From Cenarchaeum sp. (GTDB lineage Archaea > Thermoproteota > Nitrososphaeria > Nitrososphaerales > Nitrosopumilaceae), in contig CBDESU010000002.1 of NCBI GenBank assembly GCA_965242695.1, positions 1,408,001-1,472,000 on the forward strand: DNA of 64,000 nucleotides, given 5' to 3'. The notes beneath the pieces were generated by a model. That model saw only the letters and a program-made list of their open reading frames with translations, did no database searches and had not been told where the DNA came from. This document shows, one piece after another, positions 8,760-20,800 of this stretch (positions are counted from its first letter, which is position 1; every line of letters starts with the position of its first letter). A program made the translations under genes and the position numbers.

Positions 8760-9290
8760 AGACCCGAATGCGCGCCCTGCCTGTGCGCCGGATCCCATTA
8801 TTCATTTATGGCGCCGCTGCCGCCGGCCCGAGCATGGACGGCGGCAGGCGCGTGCGCCCCTTCGGCATCTCGGGCCCCGCCGCCGCGCCGCCCGTGGACG
8901 TGGGGCCGTCGCTGGCGGCGAGGATGCGCGGCAGCGCCGCGCACGCGAGGTTCGTCGGCGCGGTGCTCTTGGCGTGCGGGTCGCCGCGCGCCGCGCGCCT
9001 CGGCATTGCCAAGTATACGATGGACGAAGAGCGCGATGCTGAAAGCCCGCGGTGGACGACCATCGCCCTCACGGCATGGCTCGCCGGCGGGGATCTGGAC
9101 GCAAGAATGGGCGCGTGGGCGGAGCTGCGCCGCATAGTGGACGAGCGTATAGTGCCGCTCCGGGACGGGGGAGGATGCGAGATGCGGGACATCGACAGCC
9201 GGTTCTTCATAAGCATGGAGCATCAGGGCGCTTGATCCCGGCGGCGGCCTCGGGCCTGCCGCACGGATGCGCAGGGGCGGAGGGTTGCGC
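8760..9290 (+). repeat. Long direct repeat, copy A (left of R-M cassette)
   Basis: Near-identical to 13269-13799; core 8802-9272 differs at only a few positions. Confidence 0.9.
8834..9235 (+). CDS. Orphan paralogue of the HEPN-adjacent protein, copy A
   Basis: TTTATG at 8805, ATG 8834. RIVDERIVPLRDGGG.EMR.IDSRFFIS is shared with 4704..5366. No HEPN gene follows. Confidence 0.65.
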   Translation: MDGGRRVRPFGISGPAAAPPVDVGPSLAARMRGSAAHARFVGAVLLACGSPRAARLGIAKYTMDEERDAESPRWTTIALTAWLAGGDLDARMGAWAELRRIVDERIVPLRDGGGCEMRDIDSRFFISMEHQGA

Positions 9291-9892
9291 GGTGGCATCC
9301 GCTTGGGACGGCCGTCAGGCGGCGCAGGGTTTGGCCCGCCCTGCTTTTGCCGTGCAACTGAGAGGCTCGGAAAATTGACACAGCTGGCAGAGGTTTGCCT
9401 GGGCGTCAAGTCACGTCAGGTGCCCAGAGCCCGCCCGCCTGCAGGCGCCTCGCAATGCCTGGCACGAGCCGCATGCGATCGGCCTGCCAGCCACTTGGCC
9501 CCGCACGACCGCCTCGTCGTCGGCTGCTAGCGGAAAGACGTGTGTCCGGCCCCTCCTCGGCATCCGCCGCCGCCCTGCCTGGCGGCGCAGACGCGCGTCG
9601 TGTCGTGGCGGGCCCGGGGCCGGGCCTGGGCCGGCGCGCCATGGCGCAGCGCCGAGCCGAGCCCCGCGCCGCCAAACTACCGCCAGCCGGAGATGATCGC
9701 CGCATGCGCGACGGCGCCCGTGTGGGCGCCCTGGCCGACATCTGCGCCGCCCGGGGCGCCGCGGGCCTGGCATGCGCACTTGCAAGATGCGATGCGCCCG
9801 GACGCAGGAGTGGGGATGTGCGCCCCGCGTTACTCAGGCTGCGGGCGCCTAGAGGCGCCTATATTAATATGGCGCAGCGATCGGGCCAAGGC

Positions 9893-11263
9893 GTGGGCCA
9901 GGGGAAAAGGGCGGCACGCGGTGGATCGCGGGGCGTACAGACTACATCCGCAAGCTACAGGCAAACTCGCCTAGGGACCATCTCGCGCACGACGAAGCCT
10001 AAAAAAAGCATGCGAGACGAACACTCTCGCCGCGAGCCGCTGCTTGTATGGCCCCAAAGGGCGCAGGGCATCCGGCAGGCACACGCCCCTCCCACCAAAA
10101 GACTTGTGCTACGAAAGTCGACGTCGTCGTGCAGCACGAATACAAAAAACATGCTTATTGACGGCGACAACCTGGAGGCCCTAAAACTGCTTGTTGACGA
10201 GTACAGGGGCCGCGTCAAAGTAGTGTATATTGATCCGCCATACAACACCATGAAGGACAGGATGTACAACGATCGAACTCCGCATGACAAGTGGATGCTG
10301 ATGATGTATCCGCGCCTGATGCTGGCCAGGGAGCTGCTCACAGACGACGGAACGATATTTATTTCGATCGGGCTGGACGAGATCCACCGCCTTCGAATAA
10401 TGATGGACGACATATTTGGAGAACAAAACATGATCTCCGAGGTTGTCTGGCACAGCAAATATACGACCGCCAACGACAAACAGTTCATTTCTGCACAGCA
10501 TGAATACGTGCTGATCTACGCAAAAAACATATCGAGCGCAAGGTTCAACCTCCTTCCGCGCACGAGCGATGCCGACCAGGCGTACAGGAACCCGGACAAC
10601 GATCCGCGCGGACCCTGGAAGGCGACGCCGCTACACGCGAAGAGCGGAAGAAGGAACGCCAGTTACACCTTTACCGGCGTGCGCAGGTACGACGGCAAAA
10701 AAATTCCGTCCTTCAGGTGGTCCGCCCCGAAAGGCCGCTACCCACGATACAGCGCGGAAACGCTTCGGAAGCTAGAGAAGGACAATCGCATAACATGCGG
10801 CAAAAATGGCTCCGGCGTGCCCAACGTCAAGACGTTTCTGTGCGACGTGAAGCAGGGCATGATACCGGGGAGCGTCTGGAGGTACGACGCCGTAGGGCAC
10901 ACCCATGAGGCGAACGAGGAGCTCTCCCGCATAGTCGGCAAGGGGGTATTCGACAACCCGAAACCAACCAGATTGATAAAGCGCATTCTGTACCTGGCAA
11001 CAAGCGCTCGTGGAAACGACATCGTCCTTGATTTTTTTGCGGGGTCCGGGACGACCGCACACTCGGTAATGGACCTAAATTGCGACGACTGGGGAAATCG
11101 CAGGTTTATCTGCATACAGGACTCAAAAAAGATCGACAGGGAGGGCTACAAGGAAATAGGCGAAATTGCGCGGTGCCGGATACGCAAGGTTGCCGTTGAT
11201 TTTTCCAAAAAACTGGCCGCTGACGGCTTGGACTTTGGGTTCAAAAACTTTGTCTTGAGGTAA
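9893..11263 (+). CDS. DNA N6-adenine/N4-cytosine methyltransferase, beta class (Mod-like)
   Basis: GDNLEALK, VYIDPPYN (motif IV), PKP, VLDFFAGSGTT (motif I), in beta order. Start taken as GTG 9893, ~30 nt after TATTAAT; ATG 9869 and 10010 are alternatives. Confidence 0.92.
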   Translation: MGQGKRAARGGSRGVQTTSASYRQTRLGTISRTTKPKKSMRDEHSRREPLLVWPQRAQGIRQAHAPPTKRLVLRKSTSSCSTNTKNMLIDGDNLEALKLLVDEYRGRVKVVYIDPPYNTMKDRMYNDRTPHDKWMLMMYPRLMLARELLTDDGTIFISIGLDEIHRLRIMMDDIFGEQNMISEVVWHSKYTTANDKQFISAQHEYVLIYAKNISSARFNLLPRTSDADQAYRNPDNDPRGPWKATPLHAKSGRRNASYTFTGVRRYDGKKIPSFRWSAPKGRYPRYSAETLRKLEKDNRITCGKNGSGVPNVKTFLCDVKQGMIPGSVWRYDAVGHTHEANEELSRIVGKGVFDNPKPTRLIKRILYLATSARGNDIVLDFFAGSGTTAHSVMDLNCDDWGNRRFICIQDSKKIDREGYKEIGEIARCRIRKVAVDFSKKLAADGLDFGFKNFVLR

Positions 11264-11282
11264 ACGCGGGCGGTGTGGCGGC

Positions 11283-12367
11283 ATGGTCATAAAAATCGAT
11301 CTGAGTGGGCCAAAAAACCTTGCCTACAGGGTAAGGGTAAACGAGATTGTCGAGGAGGGGTGGGACTACTACCTGTCCAAGTTCAAAAAATCAAAAAATC
11401 AGACGGTCGAATCCAAAAAGCTTGAGGTTAAAAAAGGGTTTTTGGCAGAATACGTCATTCGCGACCAACTGGACATGAGCGGGTTCGACCCCGACAACTC
11501 TGACTATTCGGCAGACATGGTCAATCCGCACGGATTGAAGATAGACATAAAAACCGAGGGGGTGAGGTTTGATTTCCAGGAAGAATACGTCGGCAGCGGG
11601 CAAATCCCTAGGCAGGCCAAGCATAATTTTCACCCCCGGCAACTCTATGATCTGTAAAGTGAAGTGTACCACATCTAGGTCAGGTGGGCGGATGTTCTGG
11701 GCGCCAAGAGACCTGTTTAAGCGCCCGCTTATGGCATCCTGGCAGACACCTGCACTTTACTGATGATCCCAACTTGGCGACCACGGACTTGTTTTTAGTC
11801 ACGCGGCTGCGCACAGGAGATCGTTTTCCGGGAACGGGGAGATCCACCGAAAAGCGCTGGAGCTTGTGGGTTTGCGGGTGGGTGTCAAAAAAGCGCGTGA
11901 TGCGAGAGGGCGTTCTGATACCCCGAGGCGGGATAACAGAGCAAGGAAGTAAGTTTTTCGACTACCGCAGCCACAATGTAGAGTTTTACCAGTTTGCGCT
12001 GAACAAAATTACAGACCTAGAGAAATGGTTCAACACCACAGACCGAGAGGCGCTGCGAGAGGACGAGTCTCGAGATCCCAACGACACGCAACAATGCACC
12101 AACGCAGATGCGCAAAGAATTGCATCAGACCTGCTAGCGAAAGACGTCATTACGCGCAGGCAGTTTTATGACATAAATAAATATTTGGGACTGCAAGACA
12201 GGCACGTCCCTTCCATACTGGACAACAACCTCACCATTAGATTCATCAAGTACCTGGTCAAAAGGGATGTGCTCGAAAGCGACATCGTGGAAAAGCTGGC
12301 GTCGTACGGAATTGTGGAGACGAGGCCGGAAGATCTTGATGAACTACGGCGCTTTTTCTCCCAATAG
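11283..12367 (+). pseudogene. Putative type II PD-(D/E)XK restriction endonuclease interrupted by a MITE
   Basis: GFLAE...SADM...KIDIKT motif, immediately after the MTase. Removing 116 bp (MITE + one TSD) fuses ORFs 11283..11657 and 11684..12367 in frame (QLYD|PNL, 322 aa). Confidence 0.75.
11652..11762. mobile_element. 111-bp MITE with imperfect terminal inverted repeats and 5-bp TSD (ATGAT)
   Basis: Left end CTGTAAAGTGAAGTGT; right end reverse-complements to CAGTAAAGTGCAGGTGT. ATGAT at 11647-11651 and 11763-11767. Confidence 0.85.
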
Positions 12368-12689
12368 AAAACGCAGGTGCTTGCGGCAGAGGTGGGCAGG
12401 CCTGGCGGCGCGGGAGAAAGATCTCGGCGTCTGCAGCGGCGGGAGGTGGCAATCCCCGTGCCACAAGGTCGCTGAGATCGGTGCCGGCGACGCAGATGCG
12501 CCCCCGTGTAAGCAAAATGCCCGGTAGGGCCCTGATCAGTCGGCCCACTCTGGTCCTCACGGAGGCGGTCTTGGCTCGCGAATTTCCGCCATTCTGACGC
12601 TCGAGGAGAGCGCACCGCTAGCGATATCTTCGCAGCGCAGTACGACGGGCGCCGCCGCGTGGCGGGTGGGGCATGGATCGGGCGCCTCT

Positions 12690-12916
12690 CGCCGGCAGCC
12701 TAGATCGATGCACGGGAGGCTGCCCTCCCCGCGGGCCATGCGCGATCCGCCGATCTGTGCCATGCCGCCCTGCGGCTGCACTTGGGCACGTCGGCCATAT
12801 GCACGACGGACACGACGCTTGCCGACATTGTCGGCAGCGGCGACGAGTTCGGACGCCTCCAAGTTCAGCTGACCCGCGGGCCGCTCATCGACCTGCTGTC
12901 CGGCGGCGGCGCGTGA
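12690..12916 (+). pseudogene. Degraded 3' end of a PIN toxin gene
   Basis: ggccatatgcacgacggacacg...gccgacattgtcggc...ccgctcatcgacctgctgtccggcggc matches the 3' ends of the PIN genes at 1791 and 3373; frameshifted. Confidence 0.7.
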
Positions 12917-13268
12917 CTCTGCCTCGCAGCGCGCGACTGCGCCTGCCTGCCCTCCTGCTGCGGGCCGGCGGGGCGGCTCGGCGCCGGCGGCGGGCAGCGA
13001 CGCCACTGCCGCCGATCCCTGTTTCCCTCTTCCCCTCCCCCGTCCGCGACCCGTAGGCCGGATATGCTTCTGCCGTCCCCTGCGGCATGCCGGGCCGCTG
13101 CCGCCGCGGCCTCCTTGAACCGCATGCCTGAGCCATTCGCGCCTGCACAGCGGGCGGGCCGGCGCGCATATTCTGCCGCGCGAACGCGGCGGCCCCTGGC
13201 GCAGTGCGCGCGGGCCACGGGTGCGTCCCGCTGCGGCGCGACAGGCGGCCCGGCCGCCGAGGTTCCCA

Positions 13269-13799
13269 GGACCCGAATGCGCGCCCCGCCCGTGCGCCGG
13301 ATCCCGCTGCTCATTTATGGCGCCGCTGCCGCCGGCCCGAGCATGGACGGCGGCAGGCGCGTACGCCCCTTCGGCATCTCGGGCCCCGCCGCCGCGCCGC
13401 CCGTGGACGTGGGGCCGTCGCTGGCGGCGAGGATGCGCGGCAGCGCCGCGCACGCGAGGTTCGTCGGCGCGGTGCTCTTGGCGTGCGGGTCGCCGCGCGC
13501 CGTGCGCCTCGGCATTGCCAAGTATACGATGGACGAAGAGCGCGATGCTGAAAGCCCGCGGTGGACAACCATCGCCCTCGCGGCATGGCTCGCCGGCGGG
13601 GATCTGGACGCAAGAATGGGCGCGTGGGCGGAGCTGCGCCGCATAGTGGACGAGCGTATAGTGCCGCTCCGGGACGGGGGAGGATGCGAGATGCGGGACA
13701 TCGACAGCCGGTTCTTCATAAGCATGGAGCATCAGGGCGCTTGATCCCGGCGGCGGCCTCGGGCCTGCCGCACGGATGCGCGGGGGCGGAAGGGTGCGC
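13269..13799 (+). repeat. Long direct repeat, copy B (right of R-M cassette)
   Basis: Near-identical to 8760-9290. Confidence 0.9.
13343..13744 (+). CDS. Orphan paralogue of the HEPN-adjacent protein, copy B
   Basis: 133 aa; about two residues differ from copy A. Confidence 0.65.
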   Translation: MDGGRRVRPFGISGPAAAPPVDVGPSLAARMRGSAAHARFVGAVLLACGSPRAVRLGIAKYTMDEERDAESPRWTTIALAAWLAGGDLDARMGAWAELRRIVDERIVPLRDGGGCEMRDIDSRFFISMEHQGA

Positions 13800-14754
13800 G
13801 GCGGGGCCGGAACAAGGGCCGCAGCGGGCGCTGCCGCTTCCGCTCCGTCGGCATGCAGCTCGTCCTGTCCGAGCCGGAACAAGGACCGGCGCCGGCAGGG
13901 GCTGCCTCCCCTTGCCGCCGCCGGCAAGGCCGTGCCTTGCCATCTGCGAGGCCGGCGGGGGATGCGGCTGCGCAGGACGGCCGCGCCCTGCGTGCAAGGG
14001 ACGGGCCGAAGTCTTGGGCACCTGCCAGGGCGCCTGCGCCCCGGGGCCGGCCCGTGCGAAGACTCCCTGGCGGGGACGCGACTGGCGGTTGGCACGGCGC
14101 AGGCGCCGCCGCGGCATCAGATGCCCCGCGGCGGACCGCGAACCGCCGGAACAGGGCAAGCATTCTGCAGCCGCCGCGCATGCGGGAGGCGCCCGCGCAG
14201 CGCGAGACGGCGGCAGCGGCGGCGGCGGCGGCGCGGGGACGAGGCGGAGCCAGGCGGGAAGCGCGCGGCGATCTGCGGACCGGAGCCTAGGGGACGGGGA
14301 GGCGCCCGCGGGCGGGAACGCCTGCCCCGTGCCCCCGCGCCGCGGTCCCGGGGCGGATGCGCCGCCCCCTGCCGCGCGTCCAAGGCATGGGGATAGGCGC
14401 GCACTGCCCCCTTTGGTTACGCCGCGCCCCTCCCCCTCCCGCCGGCGCACCTTGGGGCGATCGCCCGGCGCCCTCCATGCCCCCATGCCCCTGCACCTGT
14501 CCCCGGCCTGCGCCTTCACACTGCCGTCCCGCCGCATGCCGCTCGGCATGTCGCCCGGCATGCCGCGGCCTAGCCTGCGAGGGGGTTGGACGCGGGCATC
14601 CCTCCAGCTGCCCACCACTGCCAAAAACCCTGCCTTGACTGCGCTGCCGTACGGGAGGCTTGGCGCCCGGTGCCTTAAAACAGCCCACCCGTGTCAAAAA
14701 AGACGCCGCTTCTGCCAAAAATTTGGCGCCGTATGCGCAGGACAAGCTCACGCC

Positions 14755-14863
14755 TTAAATATACCCGCCTGCGAGCACGGCCGAAATGCACACTTTTTCA
14801 TGGGGGGGGGGGTGCAGGGTGTACCACGCTGACCGCCGGAATGGGAGGGCGGGCACGCCATGA
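14755..14863 (+). promoter_or_regulatory. TATA box and leader with G11 tract and a 25-codon upstream ORF
   Basis: TTAAATA 14755-14761; ATG 14786; G11 at 14802-14812; TGA 14861-14863 overlaps ATG 14860. Confidence 0.45.
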
Positions 14864-17800
14864 CGGGGTTGCCGGCCGCTGCGCTTGTCGTGGTTGCGGC
14901 GTTGCTTGCGATTGCGGTGGCGGCGGCGCCCGGCGACGCATACGCGCAGGGTGCGCACCATCCGGAATGCGACTCGGGCGCTGACAGGGACTGCGTGTAC
15001 CACGTTACCCGCGCGCTCCATGTCGGCGACAAGCAGCCTTGGATAATCAAGGAGGATCCCTCCACGGGCCACGTCTACGTGGCCAACAAGCCGCACACGA
15101 GGTCCATAGACAGCGACTATGCGCACCTGCGAATATACGACAGCTACGAGAACGGCCATGTGCTGATAAAGGACGTGCGCTTCAACGGGACCAACTCGCG
15201 CATCAGCGACTTTGAAATCAACAACATGACAAGGGAGATCCATGTGGTCCACCTGTGGGGCGTAGGCGATGCGAGCCTGGGGTGGGACGGGCGGCAGCAC
15301 AAGAGCGACGGCAGGGCAAACCTGACGACCATCGCCATCGGCTCGTACGACGTAGTGGAGACGATCGAGCTAAAGCACAGCGAGATCATACCGGGCCAAT
15401 CGGCCATAGTAAACGCCAGCCGGTACTCCATCTGGGACGTCGCCGTCGACGAGCGGCGCGACATTGCGTACGTCTCCAGCCTCCACGACTGGCAGGGGCC
15501 CGTCCCGAACGTAAGCGAGTGGCTGGGGCCGATACTGGTAGTAGACACGTCCGACACGACGCTCCTGGACACGGTCGTGAACCACACTGTCGGCAGCGGG
15601 CAGGACGGCGCCTGGGACGCGCACGACGTTGCCGCGCCGGCATCCGCAATGGCCGTGGATTCCGATACGGGGCTGGTGTACGCGGCAGCGCGCGTCGGGG
15701 ACCAGTACGGCCAGCAGAATCCATCCGCCCCGAACCACTCGTGGGGCATCGCGCTGCTGTCGTTTCACGATGGCGACGGCGAGCTGACGCCGAACTACCA
15801 GCGGCTGGGCTTTCTGAACATGACGTCAAACCCCCACCCCTCCCCCGGCTGCTCGAACAACGACTACAACAACTGGCCCTGCTACGAAGACGTCCGCGTC
15901 AGCGACCTCCACCTCGACAAGGCCCGCAGCCAGCTGTTTGCACTGTACGCCAACCACACCGTATGGGCATTCCAACTCAACGGCACGGGGCACCCGGAGG
16001 CCCCAGTTGAAATCAACGTCAGGGACACCGACACGACGCCGTTCCACGGCGAAGATCGCATACACGACATGGTTCTGGACGCCGAGCGCGGGCTGCTCTA
16101 CGTCGTGCGGTACGACTATACCGATCCGCGCGTGGTCGTGATCAACGCAACCGACAAGGCCAACTACGCCGAGATCGGCTCGGCCTCGCTCACGAGCCAG
16201 CCCGTGGGCATCGGATTCGACCCCGTGGGAGGCACCGTCTACGTCCTGCCGCAGTGGTCACCGCACGCGTACGTGATAGAGGCCGAGCCGCGGTCCGAGC
16301 TGCAAAAGCGCATAGACAACGCATCGGCTGGCGACACGATCGTCGTGCCGGGCGGGACGTACGACGACACCGTCCTTGACGTCACAAAGCCGCTGACGCT
16401 CACGTCAGGGACGGGGATGCCGGGCGATGTCGTATTCACGGGGTACTCGCGGGTGGAGATCGAGGCCGACGACGTGACGGTAAGGGGGCTCACGTTCAGG
16501 GACACCGACTGCCTGCCGGGGTACGGCGCCCCGCTCATCGAGATACGGACGCAGCACAACGCGGATCGCAGCAACTTGGTAATCGAAAACAACACGTTCA
16601 GCAACACCTGCCATCCTGCCATACAAAAGGAGGGCATCGCAGACATCGTGAACATTGCAATCCGCAACAACGTCTTCGAGAACATCGGGCTGAACCTGCC
16701 GCCTGGCGAGACCGAGCCGCTCGACACGGGCGGCGCCAACGAGTTCCAGATCACGCACGGCGCGATCGGGCTGGCGCACCACCCGGGTCAAGGGACGGTA
16801 AGCGGCGTCATCGCGGACAACCACATATCTGGGACAAGCGCGGCAGGCATACGCGTCTTCAAGGCCGACGGCCTGGCGATCACGGGAAACTACATTGCCG
16901 ACACGCCCTCTAGCGCAATCGGCCTGGCCCACGCCGCAAGCAACGTCCTAGTCGCAAACAACACCATAGTCGGCGCCAACAGCGAGCCCGACCTAGACTA
17001 CCTTGCGGGCGTTAACGGCAGCGGCATCGAGGGCCACTACAGGTTCGCAAACCTGGGCGACAGGACGACCGACTATCTCGGCTTCGATCCCTACATGATG
17101 GGAGCAGAGCCAGCCTCTGGCCGCAATGTGAACGAGTTTGCAAGGGCCAACATACCGTGGCGAAACGGCACGGCCGTCCCGTCGCCGGATGCGGCAATAA
17201 ACATCTGGTCAAAGGCGACCAACATCACCGTCACCAGCAACACGATCTCGGGGAGCGACGGAGCCCTGACGGTCTGCACCGGCGTGTGCGCGTACAACAG
17301 CGACGGATTCGTGGCCCCTCGCGGCCGCACCATCGCACCCATCGTCGGGACCGGAGGCATAGGCGGCGAAATCAACTTCACCGGCAACACGATATACGCG
17401 CACACAGGCCCCGACAACGGCGGGGTGCAGGTCCGCAGCTACGCCCTCGGGACGATCGGCGCCGGCGGCAACACGTACGTCGGGTGCGGCATGGGGGGCG
17501 AGCCCGTCCGCACGGCGGGGAACATCGACAACGGATCCAGGCAGTACGAGGACGGGGGGTGCGCGTACCACGTCACGCGCACGCTCGGCGTCGGCGACAT
17601 CATACCGAATATGGTCCGGGTGGACGAAGAGACGGGAAACGTCTATGTCGCCAACAGGCCCCACCTGGGCACGCGCGACCAGGACTACTCCCACCTGCGC
17701 ATATACGACGGGGACACGGCCGAGATGCTCGGCGACATCCGCTTCAACGGGACCAACTCGCGCATATCGGACATCGAGGTGTCCGGCGGGACGGCGTACG

Positions 17801-20800
17801 TGGCCCACATGTGGGGAATCGGCGACCGCTCGCTCGGATGGGACGGCCGCACCTGGAACGGGGACGGGCGGATGAACCTGACCGCGATCGGCGCCGTGCC
17901 GGACGGCGGCGCGCACGCCGTGCTCGGCACTGTACAACTGATGCACGGGGACGGCGCCGGCGGCAACGTGACGAGGGACGTGATATCCGACCTGGCCGTC
18001 GACGCGTACAGGGGAAGGGCGTACGTCTCGACCGAGAGGGCGGGGCCCGTGCTCGCCGTCGACGTGTCCGATCCGGGCTCGATGCGGCTGCTGCTCACGT
18101 CCGCCGGGAACGCCAGCGCGGGCGAGTGGAGCCCATACCATACGGCCGCCCCCGCATCCGCGCTTGCCGTCAACAACGCCACGGGCATGGTGTATGCGTC
18201 CGCGCGCGTCGGGGACGGGGACGACAGCACCCTGCACTCTTGGGGAATCGCAACGCTGGACTTTGGCGCCGACGGGGCATTTGCACCAAACTACACGCGG
18301 GCGCACTTTCTGAACATGTCGGCAAACCCCGCGCCGGATCCGGCGGGGCGGTGCGGGGAAGACTACAACCTGTTCCCGTGCAGCGGGGACGTCCTGGTCG
18401 AGTCGCTGCACCTGGACGAGGACCGCGGCAAGATGTTCGCGCTGTATGCCAACCACACCATATGGGCGTTCGAGATCGGCGGCGCGGCGGGCAGTCCGTC
18501 CGGCCCCGCCGAGGTCGACGTAAGGCAGCGGGACCCGGCGCCTGGCAGCTACGAGGACGGCTACGGCAGAAGCCTCGACCACAACCAGATCCGAGACATC
18601 GCGCTCGACCGCACGCGCGGCCTGCTCTACGCGTCGCTGTACGACTTTGCAAACCCGCGCGTAGCCGTAATCGACGCCGGCACGCACGAGCGGGTCGGAC
18701 TGGCCTCGACGAGCAGCCAGACGGCGAGCCTTGGGGTGGATGCGAGGACGGGGGCCGTGTACGCGCTGCCGCAGTGGACGCCGAACGCGTACGTGATCGA
18801 GGCGGCCCCGATGCCGGTGCTGCAGGCGATGATCGACGGCGCCCGCCCAGGAAGCACGATCGCGCTGCTGCCGGGCACGCACGACGATGCGATACTCGAC
18901 GTGGCAAAGCCGCTGACGCTCGCGTCGGCATCGGGCGTGCCGGGCTCGGTAACCTTTACCGGATACTCTCGCATCGAGGTAGAGGCGGACAACACCGCCA
19001 TACGCGGCCTGGCCTTTACGGACACGGACTGCATGCCTGGCCTGGCCGCCTCGCTCGTCGAGATACGCACGTACGGCAACGACTATACGCGCAGCAACGT
19101 CACCGTAGAGGACAACACGTTCAGCGACACGTGCCACGCGGCGGTGCAGCAGGAAGGGGTCGGGCGCCTGGACAACGTCCAGGTCAGGGGCAACACGTTC
19201 GAGCGCATCGGGCTAAAGCTGGCGGACGGAAGGACGCAGCCGATCGACACGGGCGGCGAGAACGAGTTCCAGCTATTCCACGGCGCGATTGGCTTGGCCC
19301 ACCACCCGTCCCAAGAGCCCGTGAGCGGCGCGATCGCCGACAATCGCATAGTAAACACGAGCGCGGCCGGCATACGCGTGTTCAACGCGGACGGCATGGC
19401 CATAACAAACAACCATGTCGAGGGCACGCCGGCGAGCGGCATCGGGCTGGCGCACGGGCCTAGCAACGCCGTCGTGTCGGGCAACACGCTAGTGCGGACC
19501 AACAGCGAGCCGAACCTGGACTACTTGGACGGAATCGAGGGCAGCGGCGAGCCGGGCTACTACGGGTTCATCAACTTTGACCGCCCCAACCCGTACGCCT
19601 ACCTGGGCATGCAAAAGGTGAGGGACGGCCCGCCGCACGCCGTGCCGTCGCCCGATGCGGCCATAAACGTCTGGGCCGGCGCCGTGAATGTCAGCGTCAC
19701 CGGAAACACCATACGGGACAGCGACGGCGCATTCACGGTCTGCACCGGCGTGTGCGCGTTCGAGAGCGACGGGCCCGTCCGCGACAACCCGCGCAACGTG
19801 CCGGCCAACACGGTGGCGGTCACCGGCCAGGTGCGGTTCACCGGCAACACGATATACGCGCACACGGGCCCCGACAACGGCGGCATTCTGGTGCGCAGCC
19901 ATGCGCTCGGCACGCTGGACGCAACGGGCAACACGCTAGTTGGCGCCAACGCAAGCGGCGCGGCCGCCGGGATGGTGAGGCTCGATGCGGACAGCGCCCC
20001 TGTCGGGGCGGCGGCCGTGGCGGCGTTCGTCTCGCCGAACCACATTCTTGCGGTCTACGACGCCCCGCTCGGCCCGCCTGCGGGCCACACGGGCCCCGTG
20101 TACGGCAGCGTCATGGGCCCCGGCGGCCTGGACGAAGAGGCGGCCACGGCATCCGGACTCTACACGACCATGCACACGATCGAGATCGGCGGGGGCGGAG
20201 TGGGCGAGATGCAGAGCGCGACGATCTCGCTCAACGCCGACCTAGAGGGAGTCGATCGAGGCGGAACGCACTATGTATTCCGCAATGACTCGATGCCGGT
20301 AGGGGCGATCAGCACGAACGTGGCGGTGGTGGAGGCGGCGCTTACGTCGCCCGACACTGCCAGGATCGTATACGGCGCGCCCCTGGAGGCGGCCGCGTCC
20401 GACTATGCGGGCCTGCGGGTGGGGCCGTCGAACGCTACGGCCGCCGTCACGGGCGTGGAGGGCTCTGGCACGGCGGCCCACACCGTCTCGTTCGAGACGG
20501 AGTATGCGGTGACGGCGGCGACGGCAGGCTACATCGACATCGCGCCGCTGGCGCTGCTGCCGGAGGGCAACCTGTTTGCCGGCGCCGACGGCATGGCCGT
20601 GGGCAGCGGCGAGGGCGAGGGAATGGATGCGGTCGCGCCGCCGGGATCGCCCCCGATCGTGATCGAGCAGGACACCTTTGTGGCATCGGTCCGCGGCACT
20701 GACAGCGCCGCGATTCGCGTGCCGGGCGGCACGACTCCGGCCGCGAACTTTACGGTGTCGACGGAGACGGCCACGGTCATGCTTGCGCCGAGGACGAACA

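Noticed and set aside
9893-12367. Type III R-M (mod-res)
   Set aside because: The downstream gene is far too short and lacks helicase motifs.
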